Below are positions 11,240 to 24,849 of a stretch of DNA of 64,000 bases, one piece after another (within the stretch, counting starts at the first letter, position 1; each line of letters starts with the position of its first letter). This DNA is from Mobula birostris (Eukaryota). The stretch spans positions 145,045,035 through 145,109,034 of the forward strand of contig NC_092375.1 in assembly GCF_030028105.1 (NCBI RefSeq), read 5' to 3'. The notes below the pieces were generated by a model. The model was given only the letters and a program-made list of their open reading frames with translations. It did no database searches and was not told where the DNA came from. The translations under genes were made by a program, and so were the position numbers.

Positions 11240-14200
11240 CACTTCCCAACACTTCTTTGCCCCTTCTCCCAGCCTGTCTAAGTCCTCCTGCAGACTCCCT
11301 GCTTCCTCAACACTTCTGCTTCTCCAGCTATCTTCATATCATCTGCAAACATGGCCATAAAGCCATCAATTCCATTACCCAAATCATTGACATGCAAGGC
11401 TAAAAGAAGAAGTCCCTACCGTCAGTCAGAAATATCTTCCTTTATTTCCACTCTTTGCCTCTTTCCAATCAGCTAATCTTCTGTCCATGCTAGTATCTTT
11501 GCTGTAATACCATGGACTCTTACCTTGTTTAGCAGCCTTATATGTGGCACCTCGTCAAAGGCCTCCTGATAATCCAAGTAAACAACATCCACTGATTCTC
11601 CTCTGTCTATCCTGCTTGTTATTTCCTCAAAGAATTCCAATAGATTTGTCAGGCAAGATTTTTCCTTTTGGAAATCATGTTGACTTTGGCCTGTTTATCA
11701 TGTGCCTTCAAGTGCCTTCAAGTGCCCTGAAAGTTTATCCTTAACAATGGACTCCAACATTTTTTCAACCATTGAGGTCAGGCTACCTGGCCGATAATTT
11801 CCTTTCTTCTGCCTTGCTCCCTTCTTAAAGAGTGGAATGACATTTGCAATTTTACACTCCACAATCTCCTCCATTACCTCTTTCAGAAACCTGGGGTCTA
11901 GTCCATCTGGCCCAGGTGACTTATCTACTTTCAGACCTTTCAGTTTCTAAAGCACCTTCTCCCTACTAATAGCAACTGCACTCACTTCTACCCCTTGACA
12001 CTCTTGAGTATCAAGCATACTGTTACTGTCTTCTACAGGGAAAACTGATCTTGCAAAATATTTATTAATTTTCCGCCATTTCCTTGTCCTCCATTACTAC
12101 CTCTCCATCATCATTTTCCAGCAGTCCAATATCTACTCTTGCCTCTCTTTTACTCTTTATATATCTGAAAAATCTTTTGGTACCTTCTTTGATGTTATTG
12201 GCTAGCTTACCTTCCTATTTTACCCTTTTGCTTTTTATGGCTTTTTTCTGTTTGTTTTTAAAAGTTCTAACCTCCCACTATTTTTTGCTTGCTCTATTAT
12301 ATGCCCCCTTTTTTCCTTTTACATTGGCTTTGACTTCCCTTTGTCAGCTATGGTCGCATCATACTGCTTTTAGAATACTGCTTCTTCAATGTGATGTATC
12401 TTTCCTGCATTTTCTGAGTTGCTCCCAGAAACCCCAGCCATTAGTGCTCCACTGTCATCCCTGCTAGTGTCTCCTTCCAATCAACTTTGACCAGCTCCTC
12501 TCTCATGCCTCAGTAATTTCCTTTACTCCACTGTAATACTGACATATCTGCCTTCAGCTTCTCCCTCTCAAATTGCAGGGTGAATACTATCATATTATGA
12601 CCACTGCTCTTAAGGGTTCCTTTACCTTAAGCTTTCTAATCAATTTTGGTTAATTACACAACACCCAATCTAGCATAGCTGATCCCCTACTGGGCTCAAC
12701 CACAAGCTGCTTTAAAAAGACATCTTATAGCCATTCTATAAGTTCTCTCCTGGGATCCAAAATCAGCACCAGCCTGATTTTCCCAATCTACCTGCATAAT
12801 GAAATCCCCCATTTCTATCTTAACATTGCTTTTTTGACATGCATTTCTATCTCCCATTGTAATTTGTAGCCCACATCCTGGCTACTGTCAGAGTCTTGCA
12901 TATAACTCCCATCAGGTTCTTTTTACCCTTGCAATTCCTTAACTCTACCCACAACAATTCTACATCTTTTGATCCTATGTCATTTCTTTCTAAGGATTTG
13001 ATTTCATTTTTACTAATAGAGCCATGCTTTACCCTCCACCTACCTGCCTGTCCCTTCCATGCAATATGTATCCTTGGATTTTAAGAGCCCAACTATACTC
13101 TTCTTTCAGGCATGATTCAGTGATGCCTACAACATCATACCTGCCAATCTCTATGCGCTACAAGATCATCTAACTTATTCTGTATACTACATGCATTCAA
13201 ATAAGACACCTTCCATCCTGTATTTGTCACCCTTTTCAGTTTTGTCCCCTTGTTACACTGCAGCTCATTCCATTGACTGCAATTTTCCCCTATTGTTCGC
13301 ATGTCCTTCCTGACAGTCTCACTACACCAACTGCCCCGTCTTCACCCTGTTTTCCATCCCGCCGTCAACTTAGTTTAAAACCTCCCCAACAGTTCTAGCA
13401 AATCTGCCCACAAGCATCTTAATCCCCCTTGGGTTCAGATGTAACCCATCCCTTTCGTACAGGTCATATATTCCCCAAAAGAGATCCGAATAATCCAGAA
13501 ATCTGAAATCCTGCCCCACTGCACCATTTCCTCAGCCACACACTTGTTATGAGGAAGCAGGTTCATGGGTTTGGTAAGTGAGTCAAAAGACACTGATTAC
13601 GACTAAGCACATTAATCGCTTATTTACAGACAAGTAATCAAACATTTGATCAAACATCTAAGCCACCCTAAGTTACCATCTAAGTTACAAAAGCTACGAT
13701 ACTAATCATTCAGTAACACTTCAAACTCAACAGGTACCTCAATAAGTCTCCCCAGGTTATTAATCGACAAAACTAAGTATTCGGCGAACAGATACTTAAC
13801 TAAGAGCGTGCATGGGCTCCCTATATCTGCAGCATGCATTCCCAGTGATTCTTCAGCACTGGTTGTAACCTTACTGCACAGCACAGATGAGTGCCTGGAG
13901 ACAAAGGAAAGCTCCTGAGGTGCCTGGAACCAGACTCCGAATGGCTCTCCCATTCCGATCCTGCATCCTGTGAATGAACCAATCGATGACCAGTGCAGCG
14001 GAAGAGGCTTTCGGCTGGCGAGTAAACTTACCCTTCACATTATGACATTTATCTGCCAAATCATCCGATTCTTACCCTTACTGGAGCGTGGCACAGGTAG
14101 CAATCCAGAGATTACTACTCATGGAGGTCCTGCTTTTCAGCTTTCTACGTAGCTCCTGATATTCTCTCTTTAGGACTTCCTCCCTTTCTCTACCTATGTC

Positions 14201-14270
14201 ATTGGAGCCAATATGTACTAAGACTTCCAGATGCTCACCCTCCCCCCTTGAGAATGCTGTGAATCAGCCC
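11240..14270 (-). mobile_element. Decayed CR1 LINE (ORF1 esterase, endonuclease and RT fragments)
   Basis: Reverse-complement similarity to CR1 ORF1/ORF2 at 52400-55200 (HIG.ND, DLFWG, RT region). Confidence 0.8.
13545..14047. mobile_element. About 500-bp TG...CA insertion in CR1 ORF1, probable solo LTR
   Basis: CR1 sequence is interrupted and resumes at 14048. Termini TGTTATGA...TTATGACA; TSD not clear. Confidence 0.45.
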
Positions 14271-14582
14271 AACTTCTCTGGTTGCATGTGTGGCCTGACA
14301 TACCATGCAGTCCTGTACAGACTGACAGCCATATGAGAGCCACATTTACTGCTTCCACAATCGCTATGTCCAATTGATTGTCCATTTCTCACTGTATCAG
14401 TTAAGGAGACAGTTTGTCCAGCCTAGAGAGTGCTCTTCATTGGATGTGTAGCTCTGAAATAAATCAGCATTGTCACCATAATTATTACCTGATGCAGCCA
14501 TAGACATGAAACAGCCAAACAAGAGCTACTTATAATAATCAAATAAACTATTGCATAACAAACTATTGTATAACTATTGTTA

Positions 14583-14720
14583 ACACAAAATAATCTGCAG
14601 ATGCTGGGGTCAAAGCAACACTCACAATGTGCTAGAGGAACTCAGCAGGTCGGGCAGCATCCGTGGAAATTTTCCACAGATGCTGCCCGACCTGCTGAGT
14701 TCCTCCAGCGCGTTGTGAGT
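14583..14720. mobile_element. Fold-back PLE tail mini-insertion
   Basis: 50-bp inverted arms 14620-14669 and 14671-14720 (46/50). TSD ATAACTATTGTTA at 14570-14582 and 14721-14733. Confidence 0.85.
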
Positions 14721-16284
14721 ATAACTATTGTTATTGTATAACAAACTATTGTATAACAAAAGATACAGTAGTTAAGGAGAACCTGGTAACTTGGTGGCCA
14801 TTGTTATGGAAATATAGGTGTTGGAAATCAGAATGCAATGAATTAATTCACAGTAAATATTTAAGTGCCAGATACAGTTTACGCTTCATATGAGTCACTG
14901 GTGGTGGGTTCAAATTTCACTCTTAACTCTTGAGCATAAATAGCATTTTAAATCAGATTAAGGCTGAGGGCACTGATTCAGAACATTGTTAGATTGTGAA
15001 AGATGCAAAATAAGTTCAAGTCTCTCTTTCTTTGATTATTTTGAAAAAATAATCAATGTATGTATCTATATGGTTGTGATAACTATTTAAAAACTGATTA
15101 AAATGTTAGCTTTATTCAACGGAGGACTTTGGAAAATTAAGAAATTGAAATGTTTGTCAGCAGATACTTCTCTTGGAAGTGGTTTATGGTAGGTACCTGA
15201 TCAGTGGTTTTGGAGTATTTTGCAGATAGTTACTTTTTTTTCAAATTCACTCTTCAGGACAGTAGGATAACTGCTGTTCATCTCTGACTCCACAGTGCAG
15301 TAGCCTTTAAAATGAAGATTAGATTCTTTTTCCTGAAGTATCCTGAGATGCTTTAATTTTACACCTGTTATAAAGCAATTCAATCATGCAGAAATATGGT
15401 TCCCAGGGTGCCAGCTTCCCCTCTCAATCACCCTTCAATACCTCATTCAAGTTTGTCTGTGAGCCAAGACACTGAAGCTGGTACTTTCTGAGTACTATCA
15501 TTTTAGTCAAAGAGTGTTTGTAACCATATGTTAATAGACATGGATTTTGGATTTATCAGTCATTACAAAGCTGGTGTTCAATGCCTGATGTCATTATTAA
15601 AGTAGTTGCCACAAAATGCACTTTGGGCTTCATTTGAATTGGAAGGATGTCAAAGACCTGTACTGCTGCCACAAAACAACATACGTCAGTGACAATAAGC
15701 CTGACTCTGATGCTGGTTCTGAAAGCACATTTATGCTAAATCCTCTCTATATTGTTTGTATAGTGAACCAAAGTTCACAGATCAATATGAGTTTTGACTT
15801 ATGGTTCCCACTCTGATGGAATATATTCCATTTATAAAATAATATAAATAAAGTAAATCTATTCCTACTCAAGTTATTATAAGTTATTGATATTAACCAT
15901 AACTACCTCTTGGATTTTGAGATTTATTTTAACCAAATGCTCCAGGTTGATTTGAAAAGGAGCAGAAATGGAACTGAGCATGACTTAAAAAGAGCGACTG
16001 GGGAGAAACTGAAATTTTCATCAAAAATTTCTTGAGAGTCAATATCACGAGAGATAATGGAAGCTGGAGCAACACAGAAAACACTGGAGGAACTCAGCAG
16101 GCCAGACAATATCTGTAGAGGGAAATAGACAGTTGATGTACGGGTTCAGACCCTTCATCTGGATTGAAAGAGTAGAGGTGAGAGTACTTTATCTTGAGAG
16201 TCATTCATTTCATCACACTGGCTCCTACTCCATTGAATCAGAAATAATGCAATTCTCTTTTGATATTTACAGCTTGTCATTGCA

Positions 16285-16800
16285 CTAGTTGGGCCCCATG
16301 GTGTGTAGTTCTAGTCACCAGTTTGTAGAAGGGATGTGTGGGCAACAGAGGGAATCCAGGAAAGATTAATGTGAATGGTTCCTGTGAGGAAGGACTACAG
16401 GTACAAGGATAGATTAGAGGCTGCTTTTTATTTTACTTAAGAGATAAGAAGACTGAGGTGAAAGTTGAAAATGTATAAAATGATGTGGAGAGTGGATAAT
16501 GGAAGGCTATTCCTGTTGAGAACTGAAGGACTAAAGGACATGGGTATAAAGTAAGCAGGAAGAGAATTAAGCAAGGCAAAAGGAAAAAAAACTTAGTGTG
16601 TAGATAGAAATCTGGAATGCATTGCTTACCGATGTGGTGGAGATTGGTTCTATTGTGGTCTTCAAGAGAGTTTTGGATATATATAGTGAGGGAAAAAAAT
16701 TCAAAAGGTTATATAGAAAAAGCTGAAGATTGGAACTAGTGAGTTGCTCTGGAAGAGGGAAGGCAAATTGCTTCCTTCTGTGTTGTCACCCATTGTTTTA
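16285..16800 (+). mobile_element. Old CR1 3' fragment
   Basis: Degenerate match to the CR1 ORF2 C-terminus and 3' UTR of other copies. Confidence 0.55.
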
Positions 16801-17239
16801 TGCTTCTATGAAGGTCACTGGGGAACCTCTCCCCAACCACGTCTACAGCGAGTGTAGATTAACTACGCTAAAGGCTTTCCTCTTTTCACTCATGATTTTG
16901 TTCTGCTCTACTATATGCAAGTGATGTCAATTCCACATACCCTTCACTAATGGGAAGAACTTCCCACGAACCATTCTTTTCAGATATCTTACCATTCTAT
17001 ACACCTCAATCAGCCCTTCCCTTGGGATTCTCTTTCTAAAATAAACAGATCCACACTCTCTAATTTATCCCTGAAACCATTCTTGTGAATCTTTTCTGGA
17101 TCCTCTGTAATATCTTTACATCCTTGCCATAATGTGGTGACAAAAACTATAGACCAAATGAGGCTGGGTGAGTGTTGGAGTCTATTATTAAGGTGAGGTT
17201 TCAAGGTACTTGGAGGTGTATGACAAAAGAGGCTGAAGA

Positions 17240-18525
17240 CAGCATGGCTTCCTTAATGGAAAATCTTGCCTAATGAATCTGTTGGAATTCTTTGAGGAAA
17301 TAACAGGCAGTATAGACAAAGGAGAGTCAGTGGATTTTGTTAACTTGCATTTTCAGAAGGCCTTTGACAATGTGCCACACATGAGGCTATCAAACAAGAT
17401 ACAAGCCAATGGTATTACATGAAAGATACTAGCATGGATAGAAAATTGGCTAACTAGCAGGAGTCAAAGATTGGGAATGAAGGAAACCTTTTCTGGTTGG
17501 CTGCCAGTGAATAGTAGTGATCAGCAGGGATCAGTGTTGGGACCACTACCTTTCACATTATATGTCAATGATTTGAATGACAGAATTGATGGTTTTATGG
17601 CCATGTTTGTGGACAATAAGAAGACAGGGGGAAGGGTATCTAGTGTTGATGAAGGAGGGAGTATGCATAAAGATTTAGACAGATTGAGAGAATGGGCAAA
17701 AAAGTGGCAGATGGAATATAGTGTAGGGGAGTGTATGGTCATGCACTTTCAAAGAAGGAATAAAGGAGTAGACAATTTTCAGAATTAATTCAGAAGTCAG
17801 TGGTGCAGAGGGACTTGGGAGTCCCCATGCAAGATTCCCTGAAGGTTAACTTTCAGGTTTACTTGGTGGTAAGGAAGTCAAATGCAATGATAGCATTCAT
17901 TATGAGAGGACTAGAATATAAAAGCGAAGATGTAAGGCTGAGGCTTTATAAGACATTGGTCAACCTGCACTTGGAGCATTATGAACAGTTTCGGGCCCCT
18001 TACTTAGGAAAGGATATGCTGGCATTGGAGGAGCTCCAGGGGAGGTTCACGACAATGATCCCAGCAAAGAAAGGGTTAACATATAAAGAGTGTTTTATGC
18101 CTCCGGGCCTTTACTTGTTGGAATTTAGAAAAATAGGAGGGTAATCTCATGAAAACCTATGGAATATTGAAAGGCTGGATGGAGTGGATATGGAGAGGAT
18201 GTTTTCTACGGTGGGAGAGTCTAGGACGAAAGGGCACTAGTTCAGAATAGAGGGATGTCTATTTAGAGCAGAGATGAGGAGGAGTTTCTTTAGCCAGAGG
18301 GTGATGAATCTTTGGAATTCATTGCCACAGACAGCCATGGAGGTCAAGTCATTAGGTATCTTTGATGTGCAGGTTGTTATGTTCTTGATTAGTAGGGATA
18401 TCAAAGTTTACAGAGAGAAGGCAGGAGAATGGGGTTGAAAGAGATTATAGATCAGCCATGTTGGAATGATGGAGAAGACTTGGTGGGCTGAATAGCTCAT
18501 TTCTTTCCCAAGTGTTATGGTCTAA
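17240..18525 (+). mobile_element. CR1 LINE 5'-truncated copy (RT to 3' end)
   Basis: QGSVLGPL, WAKKWQMEY, QRDLGV, LYKTLV motifs; CR1 3' tail. Confidence 0.85.
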
Positions 18526-18539
18526 AAAGAGAGAGGGGA

Positions 18540-19400
18540 ACTATGGTGCAAAATGCATGTCAGCTGTTGCTGGAACGTGAAACCAAAAGCAGGATGAAGC
18601 AAATGCCCAGGAGATTAGGTAGTGCCTGTGGAGAGGGTAAAACTAATTTATAATTAAGCTGGGTAACTATACAGTGGAACAGGCCAGCTCTGATTTAAAC
18701 AGGAAAAGTGAGTTGTCTGAAATTATGTATTTGATATTTATTCCAAAAGGCAGCGATGTGTCTAAATGGAAAATAAATGCTTTTCCTTCAATTCACAATG
18801 GGTCTCCTTAGATCTGTGGAGGAAACCACAGAGAGATGGGTTAGAATGGAAGAGGGATAGAGAATTAAACTGACAGGTAACTGAAAGATTAGAGTTTCCC
18901 CACCACAAAATAGACAGTCAACCTATATTTGGTTTCTTTAATGAAGACATGACAGCATTGTGAACACAGAATGTAATATATCAGAGTGATAGAAGTGCAA
19001 GTGAACCACTGCTTCATCTGGACTGACCGTCTGCCTCCCTGGATTCTGGGAAGGACAGCTTTAATGGGAAACTGCCATGAGTAAGGAGTAGTTGTCTGAG
19101 ACGGAAGACCAAACTAGCAAAACATGAAAGGAACAATCCCTTTGGATATCTGAAAGTGGAGGAATGGATGTATCCGATGGTGGAATTTTGTTGAAGATGG
19201 TGGCAAATGAAGAGGATAATCCATTAAAGATGTCGGCAGGTTGGGTAAAGCTGATGAGCAGTGGGATCCCATCTTGCTCTAGCCAGAAGAAGAAAGGATG
19301 GCAGCACAGGTGTTGACAATCGAAACAACGTGGTCAAAAATGTTTAGCTCCTATTGAAGTTAGCGAGAAAGTTGCAATGTGAATAAATGATTTGAACTGA
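18540..19400 (-). mobile_element. Highly decayed PLE fragment
   Basis: Degenerate similarity to the reverse complement of 21330-22378. Confidence 0.45.
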
Positions 19401-20395
19401 AGGAATAGAGGATGCAGAGAACTTCCAAAGATTGATGGGTGAAGCTATACAGACTCATGAACTTAAGTCAGAACAAGGGGTAAGGAATACTGTTTGTTTG
19501 GGAATGTGATGGCAGGCAATATAGCCTAATATTGCTCCCTAAATTTCAGTTGTTCAGACTGGGCATAGGTATGGAAATACAGCACACAGGGACCTAAAAC
19601 TTGGATAAGTATTTTAATGGTAAGGGCAGCACAGACCAGGTGGTGTAGATTGGAAAGCAAATAGTTGTGATGATGAATAGGATTTTCTATTGCCCTCATT
19701 TGATGAGGCTGATGGACTCCCCACCAATCTCTTTTATTTGTGAAACTTCTAAACTTTCGAATTATGAGATTGTTCAATATTAATATCTGAATATTGATGT
19801 TTCACTTATGTACTAAGGTGCTAGCACAGACGAATCCCTACTTCCATTACATCAGTCATCTTGAAATAAGCAGTCAATCAATGAGGAGAAAGTGATGGTA
19901 GGACCTGAGATTCTGTTTGAAAAGTAGTAAATTGATCATTTATCTCAGCATTTAATGATCAATATTTAACCCATCACAAAACTTGATTTCTCACTAAAAG
20001 ACTTTCAACTTTTGCACCAATATGGATATAGAAATCAGGTAGTTATACTGCTTTATCTCACTAGGTGCTGTCAAACTGTAAACGTCTCTGTTTTTTGGCC
20101 TTTAAAAATGGATCTGGTTAATTTCAATGATTCATGCTTCTGTAACATTGTTTTCTTGGCTGTATAATAAACTTTTCAAAAATGTCTTTGAAATGAGTAA
20201 ATGGTTTTTTTGTGACTTGTCACAGTTCTGTTCTGATAATTTCCATTTATTCTTGGCAGCACTCACCTTCACTTTCTAAGGAGAAATCTGTTGGCTAAAT
20301 TGGTCTACTTTCCTAGTTCATGTTTCATATCTGAAGAACCAGTACATGTTTATTTGCTAGGAAATTTACAAAAGCATGGGTATGGATCAAATTCT

Positions 20396-20955
20396 TGTCA
20401 TTGCTGATAATAAAATAAAATAACTAAAGTAACTGGGCGCTGAGTGCACACACTCTTACAACTCAAACATACTTTATTCACTTGTGCACAAGGAGAACAG
20501 CATGGCCCCTGTCACCATGATGCTCTGAAGCCAAGATTGACCACTGCTGTTATATACAGAATTGGCTTATCAGCTACAGATAGTAACTATTTAGTAAATT
20601 GTGTATGTTTGAATTCCACACTTGCAAGATCAATTGTCATTCACAACAGAGATGTTAAAAATCTATAGAAACTACATGCTGACGACACTTTGAAGCTCAT
20701 AAGGCAATTGTCCCTTCGTTGTGGGGTGTGTATCACATCTTTCCTTTATTTCTCTCTGTCCGTCTCCGATACCGACTACTACGTAAAGGGAAGCTGATTG
20801 ATTACATGCTGCCACAGTCACTCTGACCTATTTCATCGGCTTTACGCAAGGTTGGTTCCGGCAATCTTACTTCAAAAGTTTCACTCGACTAAACAGCACC
20901 AAGCTAATCTTGCCTGGACATTGTTTTTAACTTTTACCTTACCGCAACTTCCACA
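20396..20955 (-). repeat. 3' LTR of ancient ERV
   Basis: Begins TGTGGAAGTTGCGGTAAG right after PPT AAAAAGGAGGGAT; colinear with 28078-28609. Confidence 0.85.
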
Positions 20956-20989
20956 ATCCCTCCTTTTTGTCTTGTAGACGACAGCACAA

Positions 20990-21325
20990 GTCTTACTGAA
21001 TTTCAATAGCGCTGAGTCTCTGAAACCCAGTGCCAATTTCATCAGGGGCAGTTGGCTGTTTAATATCTAAGACATACATGCAACACTCTTGGCTAATAAT
21101 GGAAATAGCATCAACTCTCTAAGACAACAGAAAGTCTACTGCTAGTCAATGTTGAAGGGCCACAGTGCAGATTGTCAGCATTTCAGCAGTAAGATCATAT
21201 CATGTAGAACTAAGGCTGTATTAGTAGCCAGTTTCTCCAGCAGGGCTGATAAAACTTTGTTAAGGCTTTCATGAGCCAGTCTGGCAGATTTCCAGAAGAG
21301 CAACACTACAATCCAGAAAAGCCCA
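20990..21325 (-). pseudogene. env: env TM remnant of ancient ERV
   Basis: AEMLTICTVALQH*LAVDFLLS*RVDAISIISQECCMYV is a decayed immunosuppressive domain plus CX6CC region. Confidence 0.8.
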
Positions 21326-21329
21326 ATCT

Positions 21330-22378
21330 CAGAAGTGCTCCATTGAGGACTTACCTACCACCCCACCAGCCTCTGTGTCCAACATATAATTCTCCGTAAC
21401 TTCCACCATCTCCAGCGGGATCCCTCCACCAAGCACATCTTTCCCTACCCCCCTACTTTCTGCCTTCCGCAAGGATCGCTCCTTATGTGACTCCCTTGTC
21501 CATTCGTTTCCCCCCCCATCCCTTCCCACTGATCTCCCTCCTGCCACTTATCCTTGTAAGCAGAATAAATGCTACACTTGCCCTTACACTTCCTCCCTCA
21601 CCACCATTCAGGGCCCCAGACAGTCCTCCCAGGTGAGGCGACACTTCACCTGTGAGTCTGCTGGTGTGATATACTACATCCGGTGCTCCCGGTATGGCCT
21701 TCTATATATTGGTGAGACCCGACGCAGACTGGGAGACCGCTTTGCTGAACACCTATGCTCTGTCTGCCAGAGAAAGCAGGATCTCCCAGTGGCCACACGT
21801 TTTAATACCATGTCCCATTCCCATTCCAATATGTCAATCCACAGCCTCCTCTACTATCGAGATGAGGCCACACCCTGAATGGAGGAACAATACCTTATAT
21901 TCCGTCTGGGTAGCCTCCAACCTGATGGTATGAACATTGATTTCTCTAAGTTCTATTAAGCCCCCCCTCCCCTTCTTACCCCATCCCTAATTTTTAATTT
22001 TTTGTTACCTCTCTTTCCCTCTCACAATAACTCCTTGTCTGTTCTCCATCTTCCTCTGTTTCTCCCCTCCCCCTTTCTTTCTTCCAAGGCCTTCCATCCC
22101 TCCCCCTTCTCCAGCCTTGTATCCCTTTTGCTAATCAACTGTCCAGCTCTTGGCTTCATCCCTCCCCCTCCTGTCTTCTCCTATCATTTCGGGTCTCCCT
22201 CTCCCCCTCCCACTTTCAAATCTCTTACTATCTCTTTTTTTCCGTTCATCCTGACGAAGGGTCTTGACCCAAAACTTCGACTGTACTTCTTCCTATAGAT
22301 GCTGCCTGGCCTGCTGCGTTCCACCAGCATTTTATGTGTGTTGCTTGAATTTCCAGCATCTGCAGATTTTCTTGTGGG
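21330..22378 (+). mobile_element. PLE 3' portion with GIY-YIG endonuclease and mutated hammerhead
   Basis: FTCESAGVIYYIRCSRYGLLYIGETRRRLGDRFAEH; tail CTGACGAAGGGTCTTGACCCAAAACTTC at 22251. Confidence 0.9.
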
Positions 22379-22424
22379 TACATCTATGGTACTATGTAGG
22401 TAGGCATAACAAGAGCCCTCCATA

Positions 22425-23150
22425 TAGCAAAGGGGGAAGGACTATAGCCTTATAGACCAGAAGCTCAGTATTGGTCTTGATATCCTGATCTTCAAAAACA
22501 CTCTTTCTCAGCCTGGCAAAAGCTCCATTCGCATAACTTATTCTGTGATCTATTTCAAGGTCAATGTTGGCTCTTGAAGAAAGGAGGCTGACAAGATAGG
22601 GGAAATGATCAGTGTTTTGCAGAGGGATGTTATCAACTTGGATGGCTGCAGGTTTAGGAGCTTGATCTGGAGCAGATTGGTACAGGACTAGGGTTTTCTT
22701 GATGTTTAGATGAAGTCCTTTTTGCTCTTTACCTTGAAGCTGTTAAGGTTAAAGAACTCCCCATCTGTCTACAGAGATTCCTTGTGGGAGGTCTTGAACT
22801 GTGAGGTGAAGAATGGTTGCAATGAAAAAGGCAAACAGAATTGGGACAATGATGTACCCCTGTTTGACTCTGGTCTCAACTTTAAAAGGTGCTGTTTCAG
22901 AGCACTCATATCATTGTGTAAGAGCTGCAGGATCTTGAGGTATTTCTCTGGGCACCTGATTTTGGACAGTACCTGCCAAAGGGCAAGATGATTTACAGAG
23001 TCAAGTGCTTTTGTAAGGTCAATGAAGGCCATATAAAGTGGAAGATTTTGTTCCTGGGCTTTTTCCTGCAATTGACATGCTGTAAAAATCATGTCAGATG
23101 TTCCTCTAGCTCTACAGAAGCCACACTGAGAGGTGAAAGCTGGTCACAAA
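22425..23150 (-). mobile_element. RTE-clade LINE RT fragment
   Basis: MIFTACQLQEKAQEQNLPLYMAFIDLTKALDSVN; DHFPYL; VYKAIVLPPLLYG. Confidence 0.85.
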
Positions 23151-24000
23151 AGAGCAGTATATGTGGTCAGCAACACTTGGATTGAACCATCCCAGGGGGC
23201 TCCAGGCAGTTCTTTTGTCAGTAGGCTCTCACCGGTACCCAATCTCCCGTCTAGTAGGTATAGCACTTTGCAGCTTGAAGTACCTGTCGATGAAAACCAT
23301 TAAGAACTTGTATTAGTGCTGTACAACAAGGCAACATGCTTTCATTCATATTAGGATGTCCATCTGTTTAACCAAAAAGGGAGGAACGACTGGCAAGCAC
23401 ATGGGCATCCTAAAACTATCTCATATAGCGATAGGCTTGTTACAGTTGGAGCACAGTGCATTGTTCTGAGGGCCAGCCTCTGGCCACTTTAGTTTGGTCA
23501 CCTGTCACGATTTAGCTGATCTGCATTTCAGGACCCATTCTGTCTTTCAGCTGCCCCGGATGATTCAGGGCAGTAACAGCAGGCTTACACTGCAAGCCTT
23601 TCATTAACTCCTATATAACTTAACTCGTAAAGTGAGGACCTTTGTCACTTGAGAATTTCTCATGAATCCCAAACCTAGGAATAAGTTCTCATAATAAAAT
23701 AAATATCAACAGTTATGGTATCAGTTCTCTGCGTTGGATAAGTTTTTTCCCATGAAGATAACAAACAAAATAACAAGTGCATTATCTTAACCCATACTTT
23801 TATGTAACTGCATAAAGTCCATTTGGAGATGTAAAAATAACCTCTTGTGGGAGAGCCCCACGGAGGCAGACCCTAGCAGTGTCTTTTGGTGTTGTCTCTG
23901 GCAAATCATTCAGTTGCTGCTACTTTTCTTGCAATGGTCGAGAATCTCTCATTTCCAATTATACCCACCATCCTTTATAGTCCTGCACATAGTGTGCTTT
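23150..24000 (-). pseudogene. pol: Integrase remnant of ancient ERV
   Basis: HLQMDFMQL (23814-23831), ELIPRFGIHEKFSSDKGPHF (about 23630-23690), ESSGAAERQNG, SLYEIVLG, LEP-WDGSIQVLLTTYTA. Confidence 0.8.
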
Positions 24001-24849
24001 TTTCCAGAAAGATCGGGAGGGAAAGCCGTCAATGAAAATTGACAGGTAGCATTTTACAACTGGCAGAATTAAGATTGTATAAGTTCTTAAGTACACTTGG
24101 GGAGTGGATTATCTACGTTGCTACTGGTGGTGGAGGCAGAAACTGTTATCAAAGTTGCCTTGACCCCAAAGGCAACTTAGAGCCCAGCGACCAGGCTGTC
24201 CACAAACAAATATGCCACTTGTGGACAACCCCACGTTTTGCCCCTACCGTGTCCACCATCCCATTTCCATGTTTGTAGACATAAATCAAAGAACTATAAG
24301 TCATACATTTAGAATAGGATTATCTAAAATATGTCGAAGCTGTTCAAAACAGAAGTAATACCAGTCACAAGTGGGTCATATGAGTCATATGTGCATAAAG
24401 CAGATAATGTTAAAGCTGAGGTTTATAGTGACATTTTAACCAGAAGTTAATGATTAGCCAAAATTTGATCATCGTCAATTTAGTTAAAAGTAAAACAACG
24501 CTATAAGTTAAAAATAATATTCAAATTTCATGAAACGGCTATCTCAATACCTTAAACCAGTGTAGAATATTGCCCGGGGGCTATGGTGGAGCAGCCGGGA
24601 AGTCTCACACAAGTATTGAACCCATTCCCTTTAAAAGCTGTAATCTTTTGATATAGCAATTGCTTTTGGCAATATTGTGTATAGCTTGCAGTTATACTTA
24701 TTCATAATTATACTTGTTCTACATCCTCATTAATGTCATTATTTTTTATAGGCGCTGTGTATTTTCTGCCAATCCACAGTTTGAGGGAAACATTTTCTTA
24801 GAACTCTGACTAGATCAGTTCAAGCTACATTTAAATCAACATTTTGCTC

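Noticed and set aside
14545-14760. CRISPR-like repeat array
   Set aside because: Eukaryotic context; it is a short microrepeat plus the TSD of a PLE hairpin, with no repeat-spacer periodicity.
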